A stretch of 47,586 bases of DNA from Phoronis australis. Lineage: Eukaryota > Animalia > Phoronida. The notes beneath the pieces are model-generated. The model was not told the DNA's origin and made no database searches. It saw nothing but the letters and a program-made list of their open reading frames with translations. The position numbers were made by a program, and so were the translations under genes. Within the stretch, counting starts at the first letter, position 1. Every line of letters begins with the position of its first letter. The stretch covers positions 1 to 47,586 of the forward strand of contig NMRA01000716.1 of NCBI GenBank assembly GCA_002633005.1. Direction: 5' to 3'. Below are positions 35,926-47,586 of this stretch, piece after piece.

Positions 35926-38182
35926 CACAGTACATGAATGTGTCTTCGTCCACTGCGTAGTAATGTTCTCAAAAAATTAACCCTGTCCTAAGAGCATCTC
36001 AATAACTAACATTTCATTTCTAATCGAATCGTCCCTACTAACGAGTGTATAACATAATTTCGTTTACACTAGTCTGTAACTAAGCTAGCACGGGTGTAAA
36101 ATTGGGAGTCGTTCCGTTTCAGTTGGGCATTTTAGCCTTGCAAAAGTGCCGGAAAGGTTGATTTTTGTCTGAGCAAAGATGAGGAGATATCTCGAAGACA
36201 TCGCGTAGTTTTGTCGAAATTGCGGAAAACAGTATAAGCAAAGTGAGCTATGGTTCCATCAAATCTAAGATATTCTTTAATCGTCTACGATAGGGAACTC
36301 AAATTTGGGTCCCAACACCTACTGATTTTGTCTAGCATTGGCAAAGAGATCATTTTTACCTCCAAATAACATTATGTAATATACATTACTGCATTACTGT
36401 CTGTACGTCCTGTATATCTTGAACTCTTATGAGATATGGCAGGTGTGTTCCTGACAACGGATGAAAACTAGTTTCGGACCGATCCGACTCCTGCTGTGTT
36501 CAGTAATGGTCTGATATAAAGTGGTCGATTTTTGAGAACCAGTTTAGTCCACTGAATAACTAGCATCAAGCTGGTTCTCAAAATACAGGCACGTTGAATC
36601 AGACCATTTCCGCTGTGTCCAGTAATGGCAATTTTAGTTTTGATGTCTGTTTCTGTGTCTTTGGAGTTCCGTCACAGATTTTCTGAAATTCGGAAAATCA
36701 GTCTCATGATCATGATGGAGACGAAGACGCCTTCCCGTTTTCAGACGGCCTTAACGTATTCTACACCACTTAGTGGCCATTTTCTAATCATCTATCCGCC
36801 AAACGGCGTTTCTGTGATTGTGAAAAGTGTTAAGTCTACTTAGAATTGAGACTACCGCTGGAGTTAATTTTTAGTCGAGTTTAACTTTGTCTTTAATATA
36901 ACCACGTAGTAATTTCGATATTTTGCTTCCTCTGCATCTTTTGCAGGATCTCTGAACATTGTCAAACAATTTCTAAGAATGTAATAATGTATGACTGCGA
37001 CTTTTGGAAGGCTACGTATTTTAATGGGAATTCCCTTTTACGTTTGCCTTATTTGCCACGAGTTCCTTGAATGATTTGCATGAAATTTAGTAAAATAGAT
37101 TTATCAAAAGGGAGGGCGAAAGTCTTTGTTTCTTCTGAGTAACTGGCGTATTCCGTGCCACCTAGTCATCATGTTCATTACTTTCGAGTCCTATTTTGGC
37201 CTCTATTTTCCTCCAAAAAATCACTAAAAAAGATCATTATGAGAATTAGAAAATGTGCTCATGCTGAGGAAATCACGACGGGCTGAGGGCGATTTTTGGA
37301 CTGCTCCGGGACTGTTGTGGCGTCCCCTAGTAGCAGTTTTGGGATTTTGCATCCGTGACACTGCATCTCATTAGCTCTGTAGCATTTTTTTAAATTGGCA
37401 AGTGATTTCTCATGAATGTGTCAATGAATCGCCAAAGGTTTTGGTGGCATGTGACTACACCCAATGTACTCTAGCTGTTTTTTTTTTACATTTGCCTGTG
37501 TATCTTCTTAGCTCTTTGGCGGTTTTGCATAATTTGGCTTCTATTATTGAAGCAGCTACTTTTAAATTTTCGGACGGACGTTGCCCCACCTAGTGTTCAT
37601 TTTTTAATTAGAGTATGTTTTGTAGTACTCCTTTGTATACGTCAAACAACTAAAAGTATGCAGATGAAAACTAGCAGACGTGTTCATACTGGCAAAAACA
37701 AAACCGGCGTTGACTTCCTGACGACTATGACTACCAGGGAGGCCAATAATATCATTTTTGTATCTGCGATTATTTCTCCTAAGTTATTAAAGATCTTTGT
37801 AAAATTTATAATGATTTATATCTCAATGTGCATTTGAAAAGAGATGGTGACTTCTTGCGGAAGAATTCGAATACCCTGAGCCCTCTACCGGCAATTTAAT
37901 TTTTTACATTTATCTCTGTGTAGTTACAGATCTTTTACATAAAAGATGGCAAATACTTTTCTGTTGGGGAGATGGCGATATTTTAGACGGGTTTTGCGTA
38001 CTTTTAGCCATTTTTCTGATACTAATTATCATCTCTGAAAGCCTTTCAGCGCTTTGTGTTCCTCTTGTTATAAAAGTGAGCTTATGTATCTCTTACATAT
38101 ATCATCTACATGCTTTTATTTAGCTTTATTGTGCGTATAGCGTGGATAATTTCTAGCATAAACTGATTTTTACAGGTGTGCT

Positions 38183-38356
38183 ATGTCGAATTTACGGCTT
38201 ACATCAGCAGTAACGGCCGTCATGTGTTTGTTTGTTCTGCCCTCTTACGGCTTGGAACGAAACAGGTATCGCCTGACAAACAATCAGTACGGAAATCTTC
38301 TCCTTGCTATTGGGGATAATGTTCCTGATGATCAGCGACTTATCTCCAGAATTAAG
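38183..38356 (+). CDS. CLCA: CLCA coding exon 1 (signal peptide, YGNLLLAIGDNVPDD)
   Basis: ATG at 38183, hydrophobic leader, donor AAG|GTATG, phase 0. Confidence 0.9.
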
Positions 38357-41300
38357 GTATGTCCCACGTAAAAAGTCCAATTTGAAATTTCATGGCTCAG
38401 AAGCCTTTACTTTGTCTTGTTCAGTTAATATTAACGCATCTGTATTCTGACTTAGGATGTACACGTATATGTAAGCAAAGTAACACGGCAATTTTAATTT
38501 GAAACGTTAGAATTTGAATTAGACAATGCCAATGTAGTTAAGCGACTGAACTTTTACTAACATCTTATTTAGATACATTCACAATGACAGCAATAAACAA
38601 TCTAACATAGGTTTCCTGTTTCAAACAGTTGTTTCCTGGCTAGTCTGGATTTGGTCGGCGACAGAGTTGCAGATGTATCTGTGTGATTGATACATATATC
38701 TACGTGGTTCGTCGCGGTTTTTCTTGTAGGAAATTCTTACCAAAGCTTCAGAGACATTGTTCATTGCGACTAATCGAAGAGCGTATTTGAAAAACGTCAC
38801 CATATTGATACCACGTGAGTGGAAACGAAACAATAGTTGGCCAACTTCCACCACCGAAGAATTTCAAAAGTAAGTCGTTAACATTTGCCACCTTAACAAC
38901 TGTTTCAGCCAATATTATTGGTTGAATTGGGGATGCATGTTGTGAAAACCGCCTCAGCTAAACGCTTTCAGTATTGTGATTTCCCGAGGGAAAGAGTCGC
39001 TGCGTACATATACATACAGGGGCTTTGTCTCCAAGAACGACCCGTAGAGTGAGGGAAAAGCTTGCGAGATCAAATTCGTCGCTTTTAATTAAACGACGAT
39101 ATTTCGCGAAGTTATGCGTGGTTCTGTCAAACTCGGATAGCTCCAGCTTATCTAGTCGTATCTTTATAACCACCTTCGCTTTCACAATATCCATCTACAC
39201 CACAAGTTAGTGTAGGTTGCCAGGAGCTGCCCCTTATCTGACCTTTTAATGGCGTTTGCTTGGCTGTCCAATTAGCACCGGAACATTTGCCTTTGGAAGT
39301 TATGGGGATCCTTCTGGATCCACCTATCGAAAACAGCGTGTCTCACTTGAGTTTGGATTGTTCCAGGAAACGAGTTACCTGTGGGCGCAGCTTATTTACA
39401 CACCGTGGATATTTGCATTTTAGTGAAACTACTCCTGTATCTCTTGTTTTCAATTGTTAGCGTAATAAGACGATTGTAATCGACTTGGCAACAAAACAGT
39501 TCAGATTCTGAATGTAATGATATAATAGGTAAGGATAAAAGTTAAGAGTTATTCCACGAGAAAATCAAAAGACATAAAAAATAACCACGTAGGGGTCACC
39601 TTTCAGATTCAGCTCCGATTCAAAATTCACCAATTCTTTATTTATTGACCTCTTAATTTTTCACCTATAAGCCTTCATAATTTTATCAAGAAATCGACAA
39701 GCTTTTGTATACCGAAAACAGCATTTTTCCAGTATCAAAAACAGGGGAATCGCATGCTATAAGGGAATACTCGCAATGGGATTAAGATGTGATACATAAG
39801 GATTCCCATGTAAAATTGATGCAAATAAATTCGCTGAATCCATGACGTGACAGGACAGATACATCTGGAGGCATTTTTTGTAGTGTTGAAAGTGACTCAA
39901 ATGCTTCTAGAAGCCAGTTGAGGGTCTGAGGACATTGAAAGATATGTTTAAAGATAGGTATTAGATGTGTGAGAAAAATCAAGAAATCTGTCAAATGGGC
40001 TTTTTCATTTTTGTTTTAAAGATGTCCTAATATTGCGTATTGTATACTTTTTAAACGAATGCTTTTGTAACTTAATTACATTTAAAATGGTTTCAAGAAG
40101 AAATATAAAATGACCATGCCGTCTGACATTTCAATACACGATTTCACCCACTGAGCGTTCACAACTGACAATATCATATTTGTCTGGTGCCGAGATCCAA
40201 AACAGTTATCGTCTTTAGAGAACATTTTTAGTCTAATGCAGTTATTCTGTGTGATCTTTTATAAAACATTTCTTTTTGTGCAATATTTAAACGCGATTTA
40301 GCTTTTATTGATAGGCATATGAAACGGGCGAAATGAAGATTATTTTTTTCACTTTGAAGACAAAAACCTTTATCACAGGAAAGGTATCGATGTACGAAAT
40401 ACAATATTGAAAACATTATCACAATCGAAGGCTGCGTTCAAAAGTTATCACTATTTTTTGTGCCAACGCTTGACTCACTTTTTTAATCGGGACGATAGGG
40501 GCATAGGTTACGAGTTTAAAAGTTCTTAAAATTTATTGTTACAAATATTCTAATAATAAGCTTTAGTGCCAACTATCCCTACCTACCATTGTGTACAGTC
40601 CAAGAGTTTTCACCAGAATTTAATGCGCACAGGTGTAACTTTAAATTATTGAGTGGTTAAATGGCTCACAATTCACGTTGGACGCACCGACATGACAGCT
40701 TTTGCTGACCTGAAAGGTATGTTCAGTCGGCAACTTCCTCAACACTGAATATATAAGTATGAACCATCTGCAGACACGGTGCTAGAAAACAGCCGTTCTG
40801 TATAATTTTCCGATGTTCGTGTCATAACTATAAGGAATCTTTTATTTATTTCAATGTGAAGTGTCCATTCAATTGACTTGCAAAAGTAGTTGCAATTGTT
40901 TTGAAACCGACTTGTCAAAAAATTGACGTAGACTGATTTCATCACCATAGAAACGTATTCGCAAAAATCAACGAAGCTCTTTTATGAGGTTTACGAGATA
41001 CAGCTGCATACTTCCTGTATTCAATGACTGTAAAATACGCGATGGTATGCGCTTTGCGCCGGCCGTTGCGTGAAAAAAAACAAAAAGCTTTTTTATATTT
41101 TTGTTCTAAGAAACACATCAAATTGTTGGGAAATATTATTTGAAATTACCAGCACCCCGCACACTGACCCCCAGAGAACCTCAAAAATGACTAAAAATCA
41201 AAGCACAATTTAGCCAAAATTTACCGAATTCTGGCACTCCAATGAAGGATAACGGAAACTCCTTTGAAAATGCAGATTGTCGTCAGACAGAAATGTCCAA

Positions 41301-44300
41301 TGTCTAAATAAAAACCATGAATATTTTTCTTTCCCTATCTTGTAAGCCGTTTCAAAACTACATTACTAATTGAACATTTTCGAACCAAAAATGGGCTATT
41401 TTGGGCCAACGTATTCATGCTACTCCAACTTAAGAAATAATGACCCAAAAAAACAAATTTTTGAACATATCTCACCAGGATGTATGAACACACAGTTGAG
41501 ATCAATGACCCTGGAGTCGACCTTTCGGTGCTCGCGTGGAGTGACTTGAGGTGAATTCAGGAAAATGGCTATGGTTTAAAAAGTGTGTGTACGTTGGATC
41601 TCATGTTTTTCGGTTACTAATGCCCATTTTTGTTGCAGAGCCAATGTCATCATCGCGAGTCCTAACCCTGCGTCTGGTGATAACCCATATGTGCATCAGA
41701 TAAGAGGTTGTGGCGAACCAGGCGAATACATGCATCTAACTCCAAATTACGTGTTAAAAGATGAAGTTGCCGCTAATTTCGGCTATTCAGAGGAGCCATA
41801 CGGTAAGAAGCTATATCTTGAGCATATCAAGGCTGAATTTTGTACACTCAAGAATCTCGTGAAGAAAGCTTGGGTGATAACTTGTTCCACTTGTAATACA
41901 TGGCGATATCTCGACGACGACTTGCGTAAATGTGCGTTTTCACGAGGTCCTTTTGTCTACGGAAAGCGACTGATACCTACAGGCTCATTTACGTACTCCT
42001 GGGCCCGGTCTCCAATCTTTATACTCGAAATGGAACTCGAAATTAGGTTTTGGCATTTTCTACTCAATTTTTGGGCGAACTCAAGATAAGTGTCTATTAT
42101 TCTATGCTCGAGTACACAATAACTTACGTAGATAATTTATTGCCCTTAGTTCACAGTTTGTAAACCCAATATTAAAGCAATAATTTTGAGTTTGAACTCG
42201 AAATTTCGAGTTTTTACTCGAGTTTGTAGCACAAATATAAGGGTCTTCAAGGGCAAACTTGAACTAGAAACTGCTATGCATAATCTATAATGTATTCGAG
42301 CACAGTCTGATAACCAATTATCTTAAGTTCGCACAAAAGGAGCAGAGAAATTGCCAAAAATAGTTTCGAGTTCGTTTCGAGTAAAAAGATTAGAGACCGG
42401 GCCCTGGAGTACGATATTTTGAAAATTGTTGATTGCTGCGGTATGACTTTCATTTCAGGTAGAACGATCGTGCACGAGTTTGCTCACTTGCGATGGGGCG
42501 TATTTGATGAACATCCTTTGGAATCGGAAGGTTACCCACACTTTTACTATGACTCGGAAGGGAATGTAGACGCGGTCAAATGTTCAAAGGAAGTATGTTG
42601 TTCGTGCTGTGCAAGTACATGTAATTTCACCTCTGCTTATGGTGATGCTAGATTTTAAGACTTGAATCCCATTGTTTAAGGTGACTTTATCGGCTTATTA
42701 GTGAGAACACTTTTTTGCGAGCAACTTGTGCGCGAAATCCAACCTGGATCCCTAACGATGCTATTTAAATGCTTTTGTAGCTGAGCTAAATATCACTTTA
42801 GAGTGTTTTAGTATTACAGTGTGTCTGATAAAGTCACCGATCTTGATTTCAGCACTTATCTGGCAGACAACGGCGAGAATTGACGGCTTGCAAAGATATG
42901 ACGTTTAGCAGTTCGGGTCAAAACTAAAAATTTCAAAAAGTCTGTTACAATAGTTATTCCAAAAACACATTTTTCGGACTTCCACCGTGAAATGTACGCA
43001 AGCCAATAGCCCATTCCCGAACCACTTCACCCAATTGGGTACTTTGAGAAACTGATCCGTGTGGCTGCGCTGGTTCCAACTGAGGTAGAGGTAGTCGTCA
43101 CCCGTAGGTTACGGACGGAGGTTAGACCTAAGGATCGTGGTACCTCTCACATTTGAAGAATAAACTAATGTTTTTGTTGATAGTCCGATTATCTGTTCGA
43201 TGTCATTCCACCAGCTTTTGACTTTATTTCTTTCAAGCTAGAACAACGTGAATCGTTTTGCATAGTGGTACACGTTTAAGTTATTATTTGCCGTGATTAA
43301 GGCGAACACTGGCAGAGGACTATGATACGCAAATAACCTGCATCAACAATTAGATAAAAAATGAACGCAACGTTTTCCTTTTGACACGGGTTTTACACGA
43401 AGTCTACCTTACTCTTATACGGCATTCGTACTACAACAAGAATTCCAACCATTAAATCACTGCTGTATTTAACAAAAATGAGTTGTGTCCCAAGCAAAAA
43501 TGAGCTTTGCACATTTTCAAAATAGGTGGGAGAAGGTTAAGTCTTGGGCATATAATAGCTTTTAGCAGTTTGTGACGCAAGTTTGTGTACGAGACAAACC
43601 GTGCATGCGTGGTTGTGGAAAGCGACAGCCCCTAGATGTTAAGTAAACTGGCGCGCGGCGGCAAGGCCGGTGGCATCAGCCATTCGGTTTTCACCTCCAA
43701 TTCCCATGACGTATTCGCATAATAGATGGTAATGGCTGAACTATCTACTCCATTATTTTGCTGCTTTGCCACGTTAACTTGTTTTCATATTCATACTAAC
43801 ATTTCGAAACATAATCGACTTTACACCGTGTTGTTACTAACCGTGCAGTGTCGTTGACGCGAATTCCGAACTGTAACTGAATTGGTCGCAGCGCCACCAT
43901 GTGAGCGAAAACATCAAAAGCTCCACATTGAGTTGGAGCTCTCTTGCCAACCAAATTTGAAATCTTTCCAAAACAAATACATGGAAGCGTCGTCCTTAGA
44001 ATATGATTTTGAAATGATAATGAATCGTATCAAGACATACACGTGCTGAACAAAAAGATTTCAGGTGCCGGACTTTCATGACCAGACTTGCAGAAAGATT
44101 TTGAATCACGTCAAAACTTACGAACAGATACTTTCGCAACCACCATCTAAGCAAGGTAATAGCATGATGCAAACAGGTAAAACCAATGATGATTGAGTTA
44201 TGGAGACTTAGGCGCATTGGAGCCGTTCGATAAATAAATAACCTCGTGCAAAACTCAACCTCGATACATTTGCAGAATTTTCTGAAATTACACAAAATGT

Positions 44301-46567
44301 GTGTCCTGATTATACCCATAGGCATACTAACGGTAGAGGAGGAGACCCAAAGAAATCTCTTCGGTACACTGTTTTGGCGGATTACATTGATATTTTTCCT
44401 TCAAGGAATTTCGGCTGTCCCCTTTATGGCATTTTATATTCGTCCGCTTGTCGAGTCTTTTGATACAATGATGAAATGCGACGAACACGGACTGAGTGAT
44501 AATCTATTGCAGGTGACTGGGAGCTTGTTCGACCGAGTTACGTCATCTGATGACTGCCAGCTGGAGGAGACAGGTCTCCCCGACAGCAACTGTATATTTC
44601 AACCAGACCTGACATCAAAGCAGGAGGCAACGTCGTCGTTAATGGATAACTACAAAATGAAATCGGTAAAGATATTCGTAAAGTGCGCATTGTGGAATAT
44701 TATGAAATGTTTTCGCAGTTTCGATCCAAACGAATCTTTGAAACTTTTACTTTACATTAGTTTGATGGCAAAAATGGTTCAATAGTTTCAAAATAATGAA
44801 TTCACGGTTTCTGTAACAGCTCAGTACAAACGTGGACCTATTTGTCAAAGGTATTACTGAAAACTGTCACTATATCACACACTGCAATACATTTGCGGGC
44901 ATTTAGAAAAAAATATTTTCAACCTCACAATTGTCGCCTACAGGTGACCAAATTCTGTGACAAGGAACACAACACCGAGGCTCCAAACAAGCATAACCGG
45001 AAGTGCAACTCAAAAAGCGTCTGGGAAGTCATGCTGGAGCACGCAGATTTTAAAGGTAGTCGTCTTTCAATCGACATAACGGTGATTGGTAACTTAATTT
45101 TTACCCAGTTATATAATAATTTGACCAAGACCATGTTTGAAGTCACACATGAACAACAACGTACCGGCATTGGACACTAGGTTTGCCTGACAATTGTCGC
45201 CATTTTACGTGTCTACACTTTTCGAACTTTTGCCCGCTTTTTATGTATTTGGGCGATCCTGTATGGTGACGAATGCCGTTCACCAAATAATGATGACTTA
45301 GTAGTGCCTGTACATCATTTTTGTTTTAGGAAACAACAATCCACCATTAAGTCGTCTTGTTAATGTCGACACTGCTCCCAATTTCAAAGTCGTGCAGAAG
45401 AGTGAGAAACACATAGTACTAGTTATAGACACAAGTGGTAGTATGAGTGTAAGTATTGACTGAACCCCTTTCAAATCCTGGAGATGACGTTATCTATTTG
45501 TATGCTCATGTTTTAAAGTACAAAAGTATAAAAAAGTACAAAAGTACAAGTACAAAAACAAAGGCTTCTCGATCTAATTTGTTCGTTATTTTGTATGGAC
45601 TTTTTTGTTTCCCGTTAACAGGAAATTGAACTTCGTTTTAGGTACTGTTAGCATGGTTTACTTAAATTTGACAAATAAAAAATATTGCTACTGCTGGCGT
45701 TACTCCCACGATCAGTACACCGGCTTATAGGGAGTCCCTGCCGATGCAAGTGTTTTTCTTCAGGGTAACCGAATTTTGAAAGCAAGGCAAGCAAGTACGC
45801 AGTACCTAAAGATTTATGTGGAAAACGGAGCTCACGTGGCCATTGTGGCATTTGCAAGCGCTGCCAGAATACTGCACGGAATGAGAACCATCCGTGGTAA
45901 AAGTGACAGAGAGTCGCTCATCAACAGCCTTCCAACAGTGTCGTCAGGTGGCACATGCATAGGAGATGCTTTGAAAAAAGGTCTGGAGGTAAGCCTCTTA
46001 ACTTACATTTAGTTTATATATTTTGGTATCCCACTAGTGTGCCCCGGGTGTCCGCATATATTATTACGCATCTCCAAGTACATCCGCTATTTGTTGTAAG
46101 CAGCGGCATTAGACAAATTGGGAAGTAAATTTCTGAATGGTCTGCTGTGATAAATTGTAAGAAATTGAAGTTTGAGCCTTGAAGTAAAGTTTATCTACAA
46201 CAAACGCAGCATGTTACAGTGACAATATTTTAATGTCATCTACATGTATGTAAAAACTCTGAAAACTGACTCATTACAGGTATTAGACAACAATGGTGCA
46301 GCCTCCGGTGGATATATACTTCTACTGTCTGATGGTAAAGATGGTTGTAACACACAGTCAGCTGATCTTAAACGAAACTTGATTACAAAGGGCGTCATTG
46401 TCGATACCATTAGATTTTCTGATGGCGCAGACAAAATGTTGGACTCATTTGCAAAGGAAACAGGTGGGATTCCAATGTTTTCATCTGACGGAGACGACAG
46501 CGCTTCCCTCAAGAACAACTTCGAAAAACTCACTTTGGAAAGGACGCCAGAAAAAGCTGTTGTGAAG
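38183..46567 (+). CDS. CLCA: Calcium-activated chloride channel regulator (CLCA family), 5' part; 9 coding exons, ~503 aa, continues beyond window
   Basis: join(38183-38356,38730-38869,41639-41802,42459-42592,44513-44665,44944-45055,45330-45448,45764-45988,46280-46567). All introns GT-AG, phases consistent, no stops. Signal peptide, HEFAHLRWGVFDE metalloprotease motif, FCDKEHNTEAPNKHNRKC, VWA MIDAS DTSGS, GGTCIG, LLSDG. Confidence 0.95.
38730..38869 (+). CDS. CLCA: CLCA coding exon 2 (EILTKASETLFIATNRRAYLKNVTILIPREW)
   Basis: Acceptor TTCTTGTAG|, donor |GTAAG. Classic CLCA N-terminal motif; absent from the supplied ORF track. Confidence 0.92.
41639..41802 (+). CDS. CLCA: CLCA coding exon 3 (GDNPYVHQIRGCGEPGEYMHLTPNY)
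   Basis: TGCAG| and |GTAAG splice sites, phases 2/1. Confidence 0.92.
42002..42403. mobile_element. PIF/Harbinger-type MITE in a CLCA intron
   Basis: TIRs GGCCCGGTCTCCAATCTTTATACTCGAAA / TTTCGAGTAAAAAGATTAGAGACCGGGCC. 3-bp TSD CTG (41999-42001 / 42404-42406). Confidence 0.85.
42459..42592 (+). CDS. CLCA: CLCA coding exon 4 (HEFAHLRWGVFDE zinc metalloprotease motif)
   Basis: TTTCAG| and |GTATG splice sites, phases 1/0. Confidence 0.95.
44513..44665 (+). CDS. CLCA: CLCA coding exon 5 (Cys-rich region, ATSSLM)
   Basis: TTGCAG| and |GTAAAG splice sites, 153 nt, phase 0/0. Confidence 0.88.
44944..45055 (+). CDS. CLCA: CLCA coding exon 6 (FCDKEHNTEAPNKHNRKCNSKSVWEV)
   Basis: TACAG| and |GTAGT splice sites, phases 0/1. 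Confidence 0.92.
45330..45448 (+). CDS. CLCA: CLCA coding exon 7 (start of VWA, IVLVIDTSGSM)
   Basis: TTTTAG| and |GTAAG splice sites; MIDAS DxSxS. Confidence 0.92.
45764..45988 (+). CDS. CLCA: CLCA coding exon 8 (VWA, GGTCIGDALKKGLE)
   Basis: TTCTTCAG| and |GTAAG splice sites, 225 nt. Confidence 0.92.
46280..46567 (+). CDS. CLCA: CLCA coding exon 9 (VWA, ILLLSDG...VIVDTI...ETGG)
   Basis: TTACAG| and |GTTGGT splice sites, 288 nt. Confidence 0.88.
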
Positions 46568-46992
46568 GTTGGTTTTTGGTTCTTGGCAAAGCGGCTTCTG
46601 AGTTTACAGAAAATGCCATTAAGGCACATTAGAATTTTCTGTTCTTTTAGCTAAATCATGCACTCTCCTACGTTAGCCCAATATACATGTACCTACTGAG
46701 CGGGCATATGACTTTGCACAGGTCGCTTTGTCGGTTGGTCTGTCAGTTGATCTGTAAGTCGAAACTTTGTCCAATCATCAATGTGAGGGGATTTAACAGG
46801 TAATAGTCACAGAGAATCATGCATTTTGAAAATATATGTCACAATTGAATAACAGGTAACAAACATGAGGTGACAACAGCCGGGTGCATGTACATTCCAA
46901 AGACTCAAGAATCTCACCAAAAAGCAAAACGGCGCAAAATAACGCGACGATCACAGTGGTGGACACTACAGTACAATTTATAAGCATTAAGG

Positions 46993-47325
46993 CAGTGGCG
47001 GATCTACGGGGGGGGTTCAGGGGGTTTAAACCCCCCCTCGGGCCAGGACCCAAAAATTAAAAAAACAAAAAACAAAACAAAAACGTCTCCAGCAAAACAA
47101 AAACACCGGCACCGCCAGCGTGTGTAAACCCCAAGTAAACCAACCTGGAAAAAAATGAGGGGGGGTTCACTCTGAAAATATATTTTTGCATTGTGAATTA
47201 CTGTTATGAAAATCAACGCGTTTCGAGTCTTCGTGGCTCATCGACAAAACTCCGGAGATCAATTGTGCGCGCGCTTCCGACGACACTTCTGAAGTAGCCA
47301 AGCATTTTAGATGGATCCACCGCTG
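46993..47325. mobile_element. CAGTGGCGGATC-type MITE in a CLCA intron
   Basis: Starts CAGTGGCGGATCTACGGGGGGG. Candidate right end GGATCCACCGCTG at 47313-47325. No clear TSD. Confidence 0.5.
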
Positions 47326-47586
47326 AAAGAGCAGCTCTATAGCTGATTTCTTTAGATAACTAGCTTCTTTACTCTAAGATATGTTTTGATTTGATTAGGG
47401 AAATACTGTGGTGCCCCAACCCTGATATTCAGGCGAATTGACGTGCAACGTTTTTACCTCATCTGTCATGCCGTGTCATCGTATTACACCCCACACGTTT
47501 GAAACTCGAATTTGAGTGGTGTACAGTAAAGTTGTCTTGCGCAATATCATACGGTGTACATGTACATGTAATACTTTTGAAAAAAA

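Noticed and set aside
46870-46990. Possible next CLCA exon (NNATITVVDTTV resembles CLCA NGTVxVDSTV)
   Set aside because: No phase-0 acceptor in that frame, a TGA lies just upstream, and there is no further similarity. Likely chance.

Overview
This is eukaryotic, AT-rich, intron-containing genomic DNA, probably from a marine invertebrate draft assembly, with two N gaps of about 295 bp and several single-N joins. The first ~35 kb is a nested field of decayed transposons. It holds an Academ (XPG-type) relic (426-3140) and a large IS3EU-like element (4025 to about 15065) with a spliced 6-exon DDE/integrase-core transposase pseudogene and a convergent HECT E3-ligase C-lobe exon. It also holds L1/Tx1 LINE fragments, an internally deleted Kolobok (THAP transposase plus KolX/P2X7-ballast-like ORF), a THAP/ISL2EU-like relic, a Penelope 3' end with a minimal hammerhead ribozyme, tandem-array repeats with CTCF-like motifs, and several MITEs. 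The last ~12 kb holds the 5' part of an apparently intact CLCA-family gene on the + strand: 9 coding exons, about 503 aa, with signal peptide, HExxH metalloprotease and VWA/MIDAS domains, continuing past the window. The most interesting observation is the DDE transposase + HECT ubiquitin ligase pairing inside IS3EU-type ends. All calls come from reading and translating by eye; no database searches were run.
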